A stretch of DNA of 64,000 nucleotides, from contig CAVWFS010000008.1 of NCBI GenBank assembly GCA_963754315.1, positions 224,001-288,000 of the forward strand, written 5' to 3'. The translations under genes and the position numbers were made by a program. Below the pieces are notes generated by a model. That model ran no database searches, was not told the origin of the DNA, and saw only the letters and a program-made list of their open reading frames with translations. Numbering within the stretch: the stretch's first letter is position 1; every line of letters begins with the position of its first letter. Of the stretch, positions 49,245-58,365 are shown one piece after another. The DNA comes from an uncultured Candidatus Rokubacteria bacterium. GTDB taxonomy: Bacteria; Methylomirabilota; Methylomirabilia; Rokubacteriales; CSP1-6.

Positions 49245-50222
49245 TTGCGCGCCACCGAGACGGTTGAGGTCGGCAGAACGGGGCTTCGGGTGTCTCGACT
49301 CGGACTGGGAGGCGTGGCCCTCTCGGGGGCTCCGCCGGCCACCGATCCGCACCAGCCGACGCCGGAGGCGGAGGCCGTCGCCCTCATCCATCGCAGCCTG
49401 GCCCTGGGCCTGAACTATCTGGATACGGCGCCGATGTACGGTGTGGGCCAGAGCGAGACGCGATATGGCCAGGCGCTGCGGGGCATTCCCCGCGAGCGGT
49501 ATGTGCTCTCCACCAAGGTCGGCCGGCTCCTGCAGCCAGGCCCGGCCGGCAGCGCCCAGCCGACCTGGGCGTTCGACTTCAGCGCGCAGGGTGTCCGTGA
49601 GTCGTTCGAATCATCGCTGGAGCGGCTGGGTCTGGAGCGGGTGGACATCCTGTTTGTCCATGACCCGGATGACCACTACCAGCAGGCGCTCACGCAGGCC
49701 TTTCCCGTGTTGATGGACCTACGGGCGCAGGGCCGGGTGCGCGCTATCGGCGCGGGCATGAATCAGTGGCAGATGGAGCTGGCCTTCGCCCGCGAGGGCC
49801 ATTGCGACTGCTTTCTGCTGGCCGGGCGCTACACCTTGCTGGACCAGACTGCTCTCGCCGAATTCCTGCCGTACTGCCTCGAGCGAGGGATCGCCGTGGT
49901 GGCCGGTGGCCCGTATAACAGCGGCATTCTGGCCGTGGGACCCCGGGAGGGGGCCACCTTCAACTATCGCGCGGCCGCTCCGGAGATGATGGACAAAGCG
50001 GCACGCATCAAGGCGATCTGCGATCGCCACCACGTCCCGCTCAAGGCCGCGGCCTTGCAGTTCATTCTCGCGCATCCGGCGATCGTGTCGGTCATCCCAG
50101 GCGCCCGCTCGATTGCCGAGGTTGAGGAGAACATCCGCATGGTGGAGCGGCCCATCCCGAGCGAGCTGTGGGCGGAGTTGAAACAGGCCGGACTGATCGC
50201 CGCGGGAGCGCCCGTGGCGTGA
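49245..50222 (+). CDS. Aldo/keto reductase
   Basis: LGLG, DTAPMYG, STKVGR, VHDPD, AGRYTLL, VIPG. Confidence 0.92.
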   Translation: MRATETVEVGRTGLRVSRLGLGGVALSGAPPATDPHQPTPEAEAVALIHRSLALGLNYLDTAPMYGVGQSETRYGQALRGIPRERYVLSTKVGRLLQPGPAGSAQPTWAFDFSAQGVRESFESSLERLGLERVDILFVHDPDDHYQQALTQAFPVLMDLRAQGRVRAIGAGMNQWQMELAFAREGHCDCFLLAGRYTLLDQTALAEFLPYCLERGIAVVAGGPYNSGILAVGPREGATFNYRAAAPEMMDKAARIKAICDRHHVPLKAAALQFILAHPAIVSVIPGARSIAEVEENIRMVERPIPSELWAELKQAGLIAAGAPVA

Positions 50223-50253
50223 CATCGGTGGACCCGTGTATGATCCTGGCCTC

Positions 50254-51531
50254 ATGACTATGCGTCTGGAGATCATCTGCACGGGCGACGAGGTCCTGAC
50301 CGGAAAGATCGTCAACACGAACTTCAGCTACATGAGCCAGAAGCTGGAAGACGTCGGGCTCTCGGTCAGCTGGGAGACGACGGTCGGCGACGACCGGGAG
50401 AGTCTCCTGAAGGCGTTTCAGCTGGCGGGGCAGCGTGCCGACGCCGTCATCGTCAACGGTGGCCTCGGCCCCACCGTCGACGATCTTTCCCAGGAGATCG
50501 CGGCCCAGGCTGCCGGCGTCGACCTCGTCCTCAACGCGGGCTGGTTAGCCACGATGGAGGACTTCTTCCGGCGCCGGAGCCGGGTGATGCCCCCCAACAA
50601 CACCAAGCAGGCCATGCTGCCCGCGAGCGCCGAGCTGATCGACAACCCGATCGGCACCGCGTGCGGGTTCGCTCTCGACATCGGGCGGGCGCGCTTCTTC
50701 TTCACCCCCGGCGTGCCGCGTGAGCTGCGCCGCATGCTCGAGGAGCAGATCATCCCGCGTCTCCTCGCGCGCAGCGGGATGCAGACGGCCATTCACCTCA
50801 AGCGGTTTCATTCCTACGGGCTGGGCGAATCACACGTCGACAGCCTGCTGACGGGCGTGGACGAGCTGGTGCCAGACGGAAGTGTCAAGCTCGGGTTCAG
50901 GGCCCACTACCCGCAGCTCGAGACCAAGCTCACCGTGCGCGGCACCGACCTGACCGACATCCGGCAAAAGCTGGTGCCCGTGGAGCAGGAGGTTCGCAAG
51001 CGTCTCGGCAACTTCATCCTGGCCGAGGACGATCAGACGCTCGAGGGCGTCATCCTGGCCGAGCTGGGGAGTCGTCAGGGATCACTGGCGACGGTGGAGA
51101 TGTTCACGAGCGGGCAAATCGCTGCTCGTATCGGCCCCCTGCTAGGGGCGGAGAGGGTCTTCCGGCGCGGTATCGTCTCCCGCGACCTCTCCGAGGTATG
51201 GGCGGCCGTTGGCGAGATGGGCGTCCCCCCGGCGGGCGAGCTTACTCGCGAGACGGCGGAGGCCGTGGCACGCGCCGCGCGACGGCAGACCGGCGCCACC
51301 CATGCCTTGGCAGTCCTGATCGACCTCGACGAGGGCGCTGATCGGATCGAGTTCGGCGGCACCATCTGTCTGGCCATTGCCGCCGACCACGAAGTCGCGT
51401 CCCGGCGTAGCCGCATCGTCGGCGGGCGCGAATGGGTACGTTTGGGCGCGGTCGAGCTGGGGCTCGACTGTCTGCGCCGCTACCTCCAGGGCCTCCCCGT
51501 ATACGAGCGTACCGACTTCGAACGAAGTTAA
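50254..51531 (+). CDS. cinA: CinA-like protein (MocF domain + degenerate PncC domain)
   Basis: GDEVLTG..VNTN, VGD, GGLGPT.DD, N..Q, NP.GTA.G, PGVP.E; C-terminal domain has EMFTSG in place of ESCTGG. Confidence 0.85.
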   Translation: MTMRLEIICTGDEVLTGKIVNTNFSYMSQKLEDVGLSVSWETTVGDDRESLLKAFQLAGQRADAVIVNGGLGPTVDDLSQEIAAQAAGVDLVLNAGWLATMEDFFRRRSRVMPPNNTKQAMLPASAELIDNPIGTACGFALDIGRARFFFTPGVPRELRRMLEEQIIPRLLARSGMQTAIHLKRFHSYGLGESHVDSLLTGVDELVPDGSVKLGFRAHYPQLETKLTVRGTDLTDIRQKLVPVEQEVRKRLGNFILAEDDQTLEGVILAELGSRQGSLATVEMFTSGQIAARIGPLLGAERVFRRGIVSRDLSEVWAAVGEMGVPPAGELTRETAEAVARAARRQTGATHALAVLIDLDEGADRIEFGGTICLAIAADHEVASRRSRIVGGREWVRLGAVELGLDCLRRYLQGLPVYERTDFERS

Positions 51532-51535
51532 TTGT

Positions 51536-51733
51536 TGGGGGGCCCTTTCGAGGCGCCATCGCCGGCGACTCAGATCGAGGGGCGTCCCGGGTTTCCCGGG
51601 ATGCCCCCGAGCGCGGGGGGCCTGGGGGGCCCTTTCGAGGCCCCATCGCCGGCGACTCAGATCGAGGGGCGTCCCGGGTTTCCCGGGATGCCCCCGAGCG
51701 CGGGGGGCCTGGGGGGCCCTTTCGAGGCCCCCA
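51536..51733. repeat. Third cluster of two-hairpin repeat (period 87 bp)
   Basis: ATCGAGGGGCGTCCCGGGTTTCCCGGGATGCCCCCGAGCG at 51574 and 51661; three GGGGGCCCTTTCGAGG hairpin units. Confidence 0.9.
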
Positions 51734-53213
51734 CATCCTCTAGTCTCCAACAGTCGAATGGGTATAGCGGCTTGGGGCGATTCCGGTAGGTGAACAGCCG
51801 AAGGTCCGAGCTGGTGACGCCCTCGCCGTCGCACAGCACGATGTGTCGAGCGATTGGCTCGAACCCGGCACGGAAGTGCTGGCGGGATTTGATGAGGACG
51901 TAACGCTTGCGACGCGGATCGATGCCGCAATGGGTGAAGACACCGAGATCGAACGGCTCGCTGCGACGCTCGGAAATGACGATCTGCAGGGACCCGGTGT
52001 CGAGCACCGCCGTACGGCCCATCCGCACGCGGGTGCCGGTGGCCATCGGCCCGGTGACCACGAACTCGCCCTCCGTGATTCGCGTGACCTTGCCGGTGAC
52101 AGTCAGAGGCACACCGTCGAGCTGAATCTGTGGCATGTCAATCTTTCCGCCGAGCGGCAGCGTCACGCTGGCCGCCGTCCCGGCCTCGATGATGCGAGCG
52201 ACGCTGAGGGGATCGCAGATCGGCCCCGCCACCACGTCGTCGAGACCCTGCCGGTTGACTTCCTTGATCACGCTCATCACATCCTGCGTCCCGCCGGAGG
52301 CGGTGTTGTCTCCGTGGTCGACCAGGATGATGGGGCCCTCGCCGAGGGCTCGGGCTTGCGCGATCTGTTCGGCGAGTGGCGCCCCCTCGTAGAGGAAGGC
52401 CGGACGCCGGTCCCAGGCCATGCCGAGCAGACGATCCAGCAAGGCGCGACCCTCCTCGTTCTTCCGGTCGCTCACGATCACCGCCGAGCACGAGAGGTGC
52501 GGGATGTCGGCATGGGGGAAACCGCCGAAGACGGAGGCGTTGAGCACCGCGCCGCTCGTCTCGGAGGCGATGGCCATATCCATGATGTCCTTCATGGGTT
52601 GACGCGACGGCGTATGGACGAGGGTGCTGGTCATCATGGGTCGAGTGCCCCACACCATGACCGGCTTGACCTCGCCGTTCAGCGCACGTACTAGAGTTCG
52701 TCCGGCCCGCTCCGCCGTCTCGCCCATGTCGATGTGGGGATAGGTGCGATACCCGGTGATGACCGTAGCGTTCTCGACCATGGCCGCCGTCATGTGCGCG
52801 TGAAAGTCGAGCCCCACCGCGATCGGGGTACGGGGTGCCACCGCACGGATGCGACGCAACAGCTCGCCCTCACCGTCGTCCACGTGCTCGGCTACCATCG
52901 CGCCGTGCAAGGCGAGGAACGCTGCGTCGCAGCCGCCCCGGATGGCCCCCACGATGGCGCTGGCCATCTCCTCGTAGGCGGCTCGCTCGACGTAGCCGGA
53001 CGGATGGGCACCGGCCGCCAGGGGGACGGTGATCTCGGCGCCCATCTCCTGTGCGACATGGAGGAATCCGCCGAGCTGGGTATTGGTATCCTTGAATTCT
53101 TGAATGGCCGCCGCGCCGGAGAGCGGCCGGAAGGCCGCGAGGGGCGTCGGCACGGGTGAGAACGTGTTGGTCTCGTGCATCATCGATGCGACCACGATCT
53201 TCCGGTGCGCCAT
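51657..53213 (-). CDS. M81 family metallopeptidase (MlrC-like)
   Basis: HETNTFSP, LHGAM, D.EG, LDFH, YRTYPH.D, DN..SGG, KS..HFRA. Confidence 0.9.
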   Translation of the reverse strand: MAHRKIVVASMMHETNTFSPVPTPLAAFRPLSGAAAIQEFKDTNTQLGGFLHVAQEMGAEITVPLAAGAHPSGYVERAAYEEMASAIVGAIRGGCDAAFLALHGAMVAEHVDDGEGELLRRIRAVAPRTPIAVGLDFHAHMTAAMVENATVITGYRTYPHIDMGETAERAGRTLVRALNGEVKPVMVWGTRPMMTSTLVHTPSRQPMKDIMDMAIASETSGAVLNASVFGGFPHADIPHLSCSAVIVSDRKNEEGRALLDRLLGMAWDRRPAFLYEGAPLAEQIAQARALGEGPIILVDHGDNTASGGTQDVMSVIKEVNRQGLDDVVAGPICDPLSVARIIEAGTAASVTLPLGGKIDMPQIQLDGVPLTVTGKVTRITEGEFVVTGPMATGTRVRMGRTAVLDTGSLQIVISERRSEPFDLGVFTHCGIDPRRKRYVLIKSRQHFRAGFEPIARHIVLCDGEGVTSSDLRLFTYRNRPKPLYPFDCWRLEDVGASKGPPRPPALGGIPGNPGRPSI

Positions 53214-53240
53214 ACCCTCTCGCTCCGTCGCCGGCGCTGA

Positions 53241-54089
53241 CTACCGCAGCACGGCTTCGGCGATACGCGTGAGCTCCGCCCCCATCTCGGCCTCCGTCTT
53301 CTTGGTCTCCGGCCGGACAACCACCCGATTCGCGCCCGCATCGAGCAGGCGCTTGATCAGATCGCGGTCGGCAGGCTGGCCATAGACCGAGATGCTGATG
53401 GTGGAGGGGTTACGGCCCGCGTCCTTGGCCAGCTTGTCGAGCGTGGCCCGGCGCTCGCGAAGCTGCTCGGGCGTGACGCGATTCGGGAGCCAGCCGTCAC
53501 CCCAGGCCACCACCCGCTCGAGCACGTTCGCGGCGGCGCCGCCCAGGAGCACCGGCGGATGCGGCTTCTGAGCCGGTTTGGGATAGGACCGGACGGCGGG
53601 AAACTTGTAGTAACGGCCCTGGAACTCGGCCTCCGTCTTGGTCCACAGCTCTTTCATGGCCAGAACCGACTCACGCGTCTGCGTCCAGCGATGGTCGAAG
53701 TCGCCGCCCATGATCTCGGTCTCCTCCCGCAGCCATCCAGCGCCGATGCCGAAGAGAAACCGCCCACCGCTGAACAGATCGAGTGTCGAGACTTCCTTGG
53801 CCAGTAACAGAGGATGCCGCTCGGGCACCAGCACGATCCCGGTTCCGAGCTTGATGCGGCTGGTCACGCCCGAGGCCCGAGCCAGCGCCACGAACGGATC
53901 GATGAAGTGCGAGTACGTCTCCGGAATCACCCCGTCCGCCGAACTCGGGAAGCGGCTGGTCGTCCGTACCGGGATGAACGGATGCTCAGCGCACCAGAAC
54001 GACTCGAAGCCGAGCTCCTCGACCTTCCGAGCCATGAAGCCAACGTCGACGAGATAGGCGGGCAGGGGAACCGAGATACCGACGTTCAT
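53241..54089 (-). CDS. LLM-class oxidoreductase, probably F420-dependent
   Basis: EELGFES.W.AEH, DPFVAL, KLGTGI, GIGAGW..EE, PKP.QKPHPP. Confidence 0.88.
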   Translation of the reverse strand: MNVGISVPLPAYLVDVGFMARKVEELGFESFWCAEHPFIPVRTTSRFPSSADGVIPETYSHFIDPFVALARASGVTSRIKLGTGIVLVPERHPLLLAKEVSTLDLFSGGRFLFGIGAGWLREETEIMGGDFDHRWTQTRESVLAMKELWTKTEAEFQGRYYKFPAVRSYPKPAQKPHPPVLLGGAAANVLERVVAWGDGWLPNRVTPEQLRERRATLDKLAKDAGRNPSTISISVYGQPADRDLIKRLLDAGANRVVVRPETKKTEAEMGAELTRIAEAVLR

Positions 54090-54303
54090 CGCTGGCACTC
54101 CTCGCCGGGGTGACCGGGCCGACTCAGTGGCGTGGGGTGAGCATATCGTACTTGGGGCCACCACTCGTCAGCCCTCCCACCCGGTCAAACCATTGACCCC
54201 GAGATCGGGCCTCGATACGCTCGGGCCAGGAGTTGCCCCGTGAGCGACAACGTCGTCGCCGTCGATCTCGGCGCTTCCCCGGAAAGAGTGCTGAAGACGC
54301 GCC

Positions 54304-55533
54304 GTGCGTGCCATTGCCACGACCGCCAGGCTGTCGACGTTCGCTGCGCTGCGGGTCCGTAACTACTGTCTCTACTGGTTCGGGCTGGTCTTCTATGTTC
54401 TTGGTCATCGCGCGGAATACACCACCTTCGCCTGGATGACCTGGGAGGTGACGCGCGACCCTCTCGCCCTCGGCTATCTCGGCCTGGCTCAGGGCGTTCC
54501 CCTTGTCCTCTTCCAGCTCGTCGGGGGCGTTCTCGCCGACCGCACCAACCGGTTGCGGCTACTGATCGGGACGCAGATCCTGACCGCCCTTACCCTGACC
54601 GTCGCCGTCGTGCTCACGTTCCTGGGGATGGTCCGCCTGGAACACTTGCTTGGCTTGGCCGCGGCCAGCAGCGTCTTTCGCGCGTTCGACGAGCCGAGCC
54701 GGATGGCGCTCGTTCCCCACCTGATCGATCGGCCGCGGCTACCGAACGCGATCGCACTCGGCTCGATCCCCTGGCAGGCTGGTCGGATGATCGGTCCCTC
54801 GATCACCGGCATCCTGATCGCGGCCTTCGGAGGTGCTGTCGGTTTCGTGCTGGCCGCCGCCGCCTCCTACGTGGCGCTCATACTCTATAGTCGCCTGCGC
54901 GTGAATGGACAGGCTCCAGCCCACGATGGGCAGCACGTTCTCGCGCAACTCCTCGAGGGGCTCAGCTTCGTCGGCCGCAACTTCGTGTTCGCCAGTCTCA
55001 TCGCGCTGGCCCTGTTCAACAGCGTGTTCGCCCTGTCATACGTCACCCTCCTCCCCGTCTTCGCCGACGTGTACTTCAAAGCGGGCTCGGCCGGGTATGG
55101 ATTGCTCAACGCCGCCCACGGAGTCGGCGCTCTCGTGGGAACCCTCACTGTGGCCACCATCGCCCATCGTATCTGGCGTCCGGGCACGACCTTGCTGGTC
55201 GCAGCGGCGGCCCTTGGCGTAGCGCTGATGGTGTTCGCCGTGGCCCCCATGCTGGGGCTAGCGCTCTGCATGCTCGTGCTGGTGGGCTTCAGCAACACAT
55301 TTTCCCTGACTCAGGTCAGTACCGTCCTGCAGCGCGAGGTCCCTGACCAGCTTCGAGGCCGGGTGATGAGCCTCTACGCCCTTTGCTGGAACCTGTTGCC
55401 GCTGGGCGGACTGCTCGCTGGCGTCCTGGCCGCCGCGGTGAACGCCCGCTTTGCCGTCCTCGTCGGTGGGGTCATGGTGACGGGCAACGCGCTGCTGCTT
55501 CTTACTTCCCGCCGGCTGCGCGCGATCAGATAG
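54304..55533 (+). CDS. MFS transporter (MFS_3/EntS-like)
   Basis: FAAL..RNY, GVLADR, VPDQLRGRVMS; ~12 TM segments. Confidence 0.9.
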   Translation: MRAIATTARLSTFAALRVRNYCLYWFGLVFYVLGHRAEYTTFAWMTWEVTRDPLALGYLGLAQGVPLVLFQLVGGVLADRTNRLRLLIGTQILTALTLTVAVVLTFLGMVRLEHLLGLAAASSVFRAFDEPSRMALVPHLIDRPRLPNAIALGSIPWQAGRMIGPSITGILIAAFGGAVGFVLAAAASYVALILYSRLRVNGQAPAHDGQHVLAQLLEGLSFVGRNFVFASLIALALFNSVFALSYVTLLPVFADVYFKAGSAGYGLLNAAHGVGALVGTLTVATIAHRIWRPGTTLLVAAAALGVALMVFAVAPMLGLALCMLVLVGFSNTFSLTQVSTVLQREVPDQLRGRVMSLYALCWNLLPLGGLLAGVLAAAVNARFAVLVGGVMVTGNALLLLTSRRLRAIR

Positions 55534-55569
55534 GATGAGCCGCAGACACGCAGTGACCGGGGGGAGCGT

Positions 55570-56730
55570 ATGAGGCGTAGCGAGGATCGGATTCTGACCA
55601 CCCACGTCGGCAGTCTTCCCCGCCCGCTGGCCCTGCGCGACCTTCTCGTGCGACAGGACCGCGGGGAGGGTATCGATGGAGCCGCCCTTGCGCGCGAGGC
55701 CGAGACTGCGGTGCGGCACGTGGTGCGCCAGCAGCTGCAGGCCGGTATCGACGTCGGCAACGACGGCGAGCAGCCCCGGGTCGGCTTCTCGACGTACCCC
55801 GCCAAGCGCATGCGCGGCTTCGGCGGCGCGAGCAAGCGGCGCCTGGCGCGCGATCTTGCCGAGCATCCAGACTACGCGGCGCGGCTGGCCCGTCAGCGCG
55901 CCGGAGGCGCTCGCATCACCGATGCCCCCCAGGCGGTGGCCGAGGTCGCCTATACCGACCTGGGCGAGGCCGAGGCCGAGTGCGAGCTGTTTCAGCGCTA
56001 CGCGAACGCCGAGCCGAGCGGCTTTGCAGAGGCCTTCATGACCGCGGCCTCGCCCGGTGTCATTGCCACGATCATGCTCGACGCTTACTACGGCTCCCAC
56101 GAGCGGTACGTCCGGGCCCTGGCCCGCGAGATGCGCAAGGAGTACGAGCTGATCGTGGCGCGCGGGTTCGTCCTCCAGCTGGACTGTCCGGATCTCGCCA
56201 TGGAACGCGCCCGGTTCTTCCAGGATGACCCGCTCGACCGCTTCCTGGAGGCAGTGGCGCTCCACGTGGACGCCATCAACGATGCGGTGGCGGCCATTCC
56301 TCCTGACCGCATCCGCCTGCATCTTTGCTGGGGCAACTACGACGGGCCCCACACCCACGACGTCGCCCTGGAGCCGCTGCTGCCCATCATCTATCGAGCA
56401 CGCGTGGGCGCCCTCTCAATGCCGCTGGCGAGCCCGCGGCACCAGCACGAGTTGAAAGCGTTTCGCAGCCACCCGCTGCCCGAGGGCATGCTCTTCCTAC
56501 CCGGGGTCATCGATTCCACCACCAACGTGGTGGAGCACCCCGAAGTGGTGGCAGACCGGATCGCCGCCGCGGTGGCCGCGGTCGGCGACCGCACGCGCGT
56601 CCTGGCCGGCGTCGACTGCGGCTTCGGGACCTTCGCAGGCTCTCAGCTGGTCGAAGAGAGCGTGGTGTGGACCAAGCTGCGCGTTCTGCGTCAGGGCGCG
56701 GACCTGGCCACCAGGCGGCTGTGGGGGTGA
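55570..56730 (+). CDS. Meth_synt_2 family Zn enzyme
   Basis: ILTTHVGSLPRP, QLDCPDL, HLCWGN, VEHPEVVA, DCGF. Confidence 0.9.
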   Translation: MRRSEDRILTTHVGSLPRPLALRDLLVRQDRGEGIDGAALAREAETAVRHVVRQQLQAGIDVGNDGEQPRVGFSTYPAKRMRGFGGASKRRLARDLAEHPDYAARLARQRAGGARITDAPQAVAEVAYTDLGEAEAECELFQRYANAEPSGFAEAFMTAASPGVIATIMLDAYYGSHERYVRALAREMRKEYELIVARGFVLQLDCPDLAMERARFFQDDPLDRFLEAVALHVDAINDAVAAIPPDRIRLHLCWGNYDGPHTHDVALEPLLPIIYRARVGALSMPLASPRHQHELKAFRSHPLPEGMLFLPGVIDSTTNVVEHPEVVADRIAAAVAAVGDRTRVLAGVDCGFGTFAGSQLVEESVVWTKLRVLRQGADLATRRLWG

Positions 56731-56759
56731 TTCCGAAAGGGAGCGCGCAGATGAGGGTG

Positions 56760-56862
56760 AGGGGGGCCCTTTCGAGGCCCCCAAGCTGGCGCAATCCAGA
56801 GGGGTGCGACGGGTTTCCCGGGGCCCCGAACGTGGGGCTAGGGGGGCCCTTCGAGGCCCCCC
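56760..56862. repeat. Fourth cluster of two-hairpin repeat
   Basis: GGGGGGCCCTTTCGAGGCCCCC...GAGGGGTGCGACGGGTTTCCCGGGGCCCC...GGGGGGCCCTTCGAGGCCCCCC between convergent genes. Confidence 0.85.
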
Positions 56863-56866
56863 AAGG

Positions 56867-58333
56867 TCAATACCCGTCGGGCTTGCGAAAGCCGCCGATC
56901 TCCTGGGCGAGCAGGGCAGCGAAGCGGATTGGCGTGCGATCCTCGAGGTAGGGGCCGATCGCCTGCAGACCGACAGGCAGTCCCGCACGCGAGCGGCCGA
57001 CGGGAAATGCTGTGGCCGGCTGTCCCGCCACTGTCGAAACAGCCGGATACACCAGGCCGTGCAGGTAGGGGACGGAGCGGCCATTGATCGTGAAGGTCAA
57101 GGTGAGGTCGCTGTCGTCGGTGGGCCAGGCGCGATCGATATGCGGGTAGGCCATCACGTTGATCGCGGGCGCCAGCAGCACATCCCACTCGCGGAAAAAG
57201 GCGCGCCAGGCGGCGCGATAAGCCTCGCGCCGGCCGTGCCACAGGATGTAGTCTCCCGGTGCCGCCTCGAGCCCGCGCAAGTGGGCCCGGGAGAACTCGT
57301 CGTCGGCCTTGCGCCACATGGCGATACGCTGACGGCGCCCTTCCTCGTCCACCCGCGCCCCCGTCACCGCGGATAGCAACGACCGGTAGAGACAGTGGTG
57401 CTCACGATGGTCGCCGAGCCCCTCGGGCTGGGCCTGGGCGATCGTGCACCCCAGGCGGCCCAGGCGCGACGTCAGATCGTCGAGCGCTCCCGCGATCTCG
57501 GCGTCCACCGGGAGCCATGGGATCGCCGGGAGCACGGCCACGCGAAAGTCGGCGAGCCGCGCGTGCCGGGGGAAGGGCAGCTCGACGCGCCAGGCCACGT
57601 CCTCACCCACGTCGGGTCCAGCCAGAACGGACAGTGCGAGTTCTAAATCCTCGGCGCTGCGGCCGAGGGGACCTTGCACTCCCATGACGGTAGCCGCGTT
57701 GGGCATCGGCGGCATGGGGAACTGTCCGCTCCGGGGCAGGAGCGTCTCGCTCGGGCGATGACCATAGACACCGCAGAAGGTGGCGGGCACGCGGATCGAG
57801 CCTCCGATGTCCGAGCCGACCTCGAGGGCGGTCAACCCGGCCGCCAGCGCGGCGGCACTGCCCCCACTGCTGCCACCTGGTGTACGCGCGAGATCCCACG
57901 GATTGTTCGTGCGCCCGTAGACCGGATTGGCCGACTGCCAGTCCGCGAGCACGGGCGGGACATTCGTCTTGCCGAGGAGGACCGTTCCCGCTGCGCGCAG
58001 GCGGGCCGCCGCCGGCGCGTCATGGGCGGACACGTAACCCTTCCACTCGGGCACGCCGCAGGTCGTCCCGAGGCCGGCAACGTTGATGGATTCCTTGAGC
58101 GTGATGGGCAGGCCGAGCAACGCCCGCGCCTCGCCCCGCGCAATGGCCAGGTCGGCGGCGCGCGCCTGCTGGCGCGCCCGCTCGAAGTCGCGCACGACGA
58201 CGGCGTTGAGGCGGCCATCGTACTGCTCGATACGGCGGATGTAGCGGTCGGCCAGCTCGGCCGCGCTGACTCGGCCCGCGGCCAAGGCGGCCCGCAACGT
58301 GGTTGCGCTCGCGAACGGATCGATGTCGGCCAT
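56867..58333 (-). CDS. Amidase signature family protein (paralog of 37235-38689)
   Basis: GLPITLKE, GKTNVP, GGSSGGS, GSDIGGSIRVPA. Confidence 0.93.
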   Translation of the reverse strand: MADIDPFASATTLRAALAAGRVSAAELADRYIRRIEQYDGRLNAVVVRDFERARQQARAADLAIARGEARALLGLPITLKESINVAGLGTTCGVPEWKGYVSAHDAPAAARLRAAGTVLLGKTNVPPVLADWQSANPVYGRTNNPWDLARTPGGSSGGSAAALAAGLTALEVGSDIGGSIRVPATFCGVYGHRPSETLLPRSGQFPMPPMPNAATVMGVQGPLGRSAEDLELALSVLAGPDVGEDVAWRVELPFPRHARLADFRVAVLPAIPWLPVDAEIAGALDDLTSRLGRLGCTIAQAQPEGLGDHREHHCLYRSLLSAVTGARVDEEGRRQRIAMWRKADDEFSRAHLRGLEAAPGDYILWHGRREAYRAAWRAFFREWDVLLAPAINVMAYPHIDRAWPTDDSDLTLTFTINGRSVPYLHGLVYPAVSTVAGQPATAFPVGRSRAGLPVGLQAIGPYLEDRTPIRFAALLAQEIGGFRKPDGY

Positions 58334-58365
58334 CCTCGTATCCTCCCTTGATATAGAATCTTGCC

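Noticed and set aside
51657..53213. Microcystin degradation cluster
   Set aside because: Only an MlrC-like family member; no mlrA or linked mlr genes.
54124..54408. 94-aa minus-strand ORF between LLM and MFS
   Set aside because: Overlaps the MFS start and a likely divergent promoter region; low-complexity Arg-rich sequence with no family motif.
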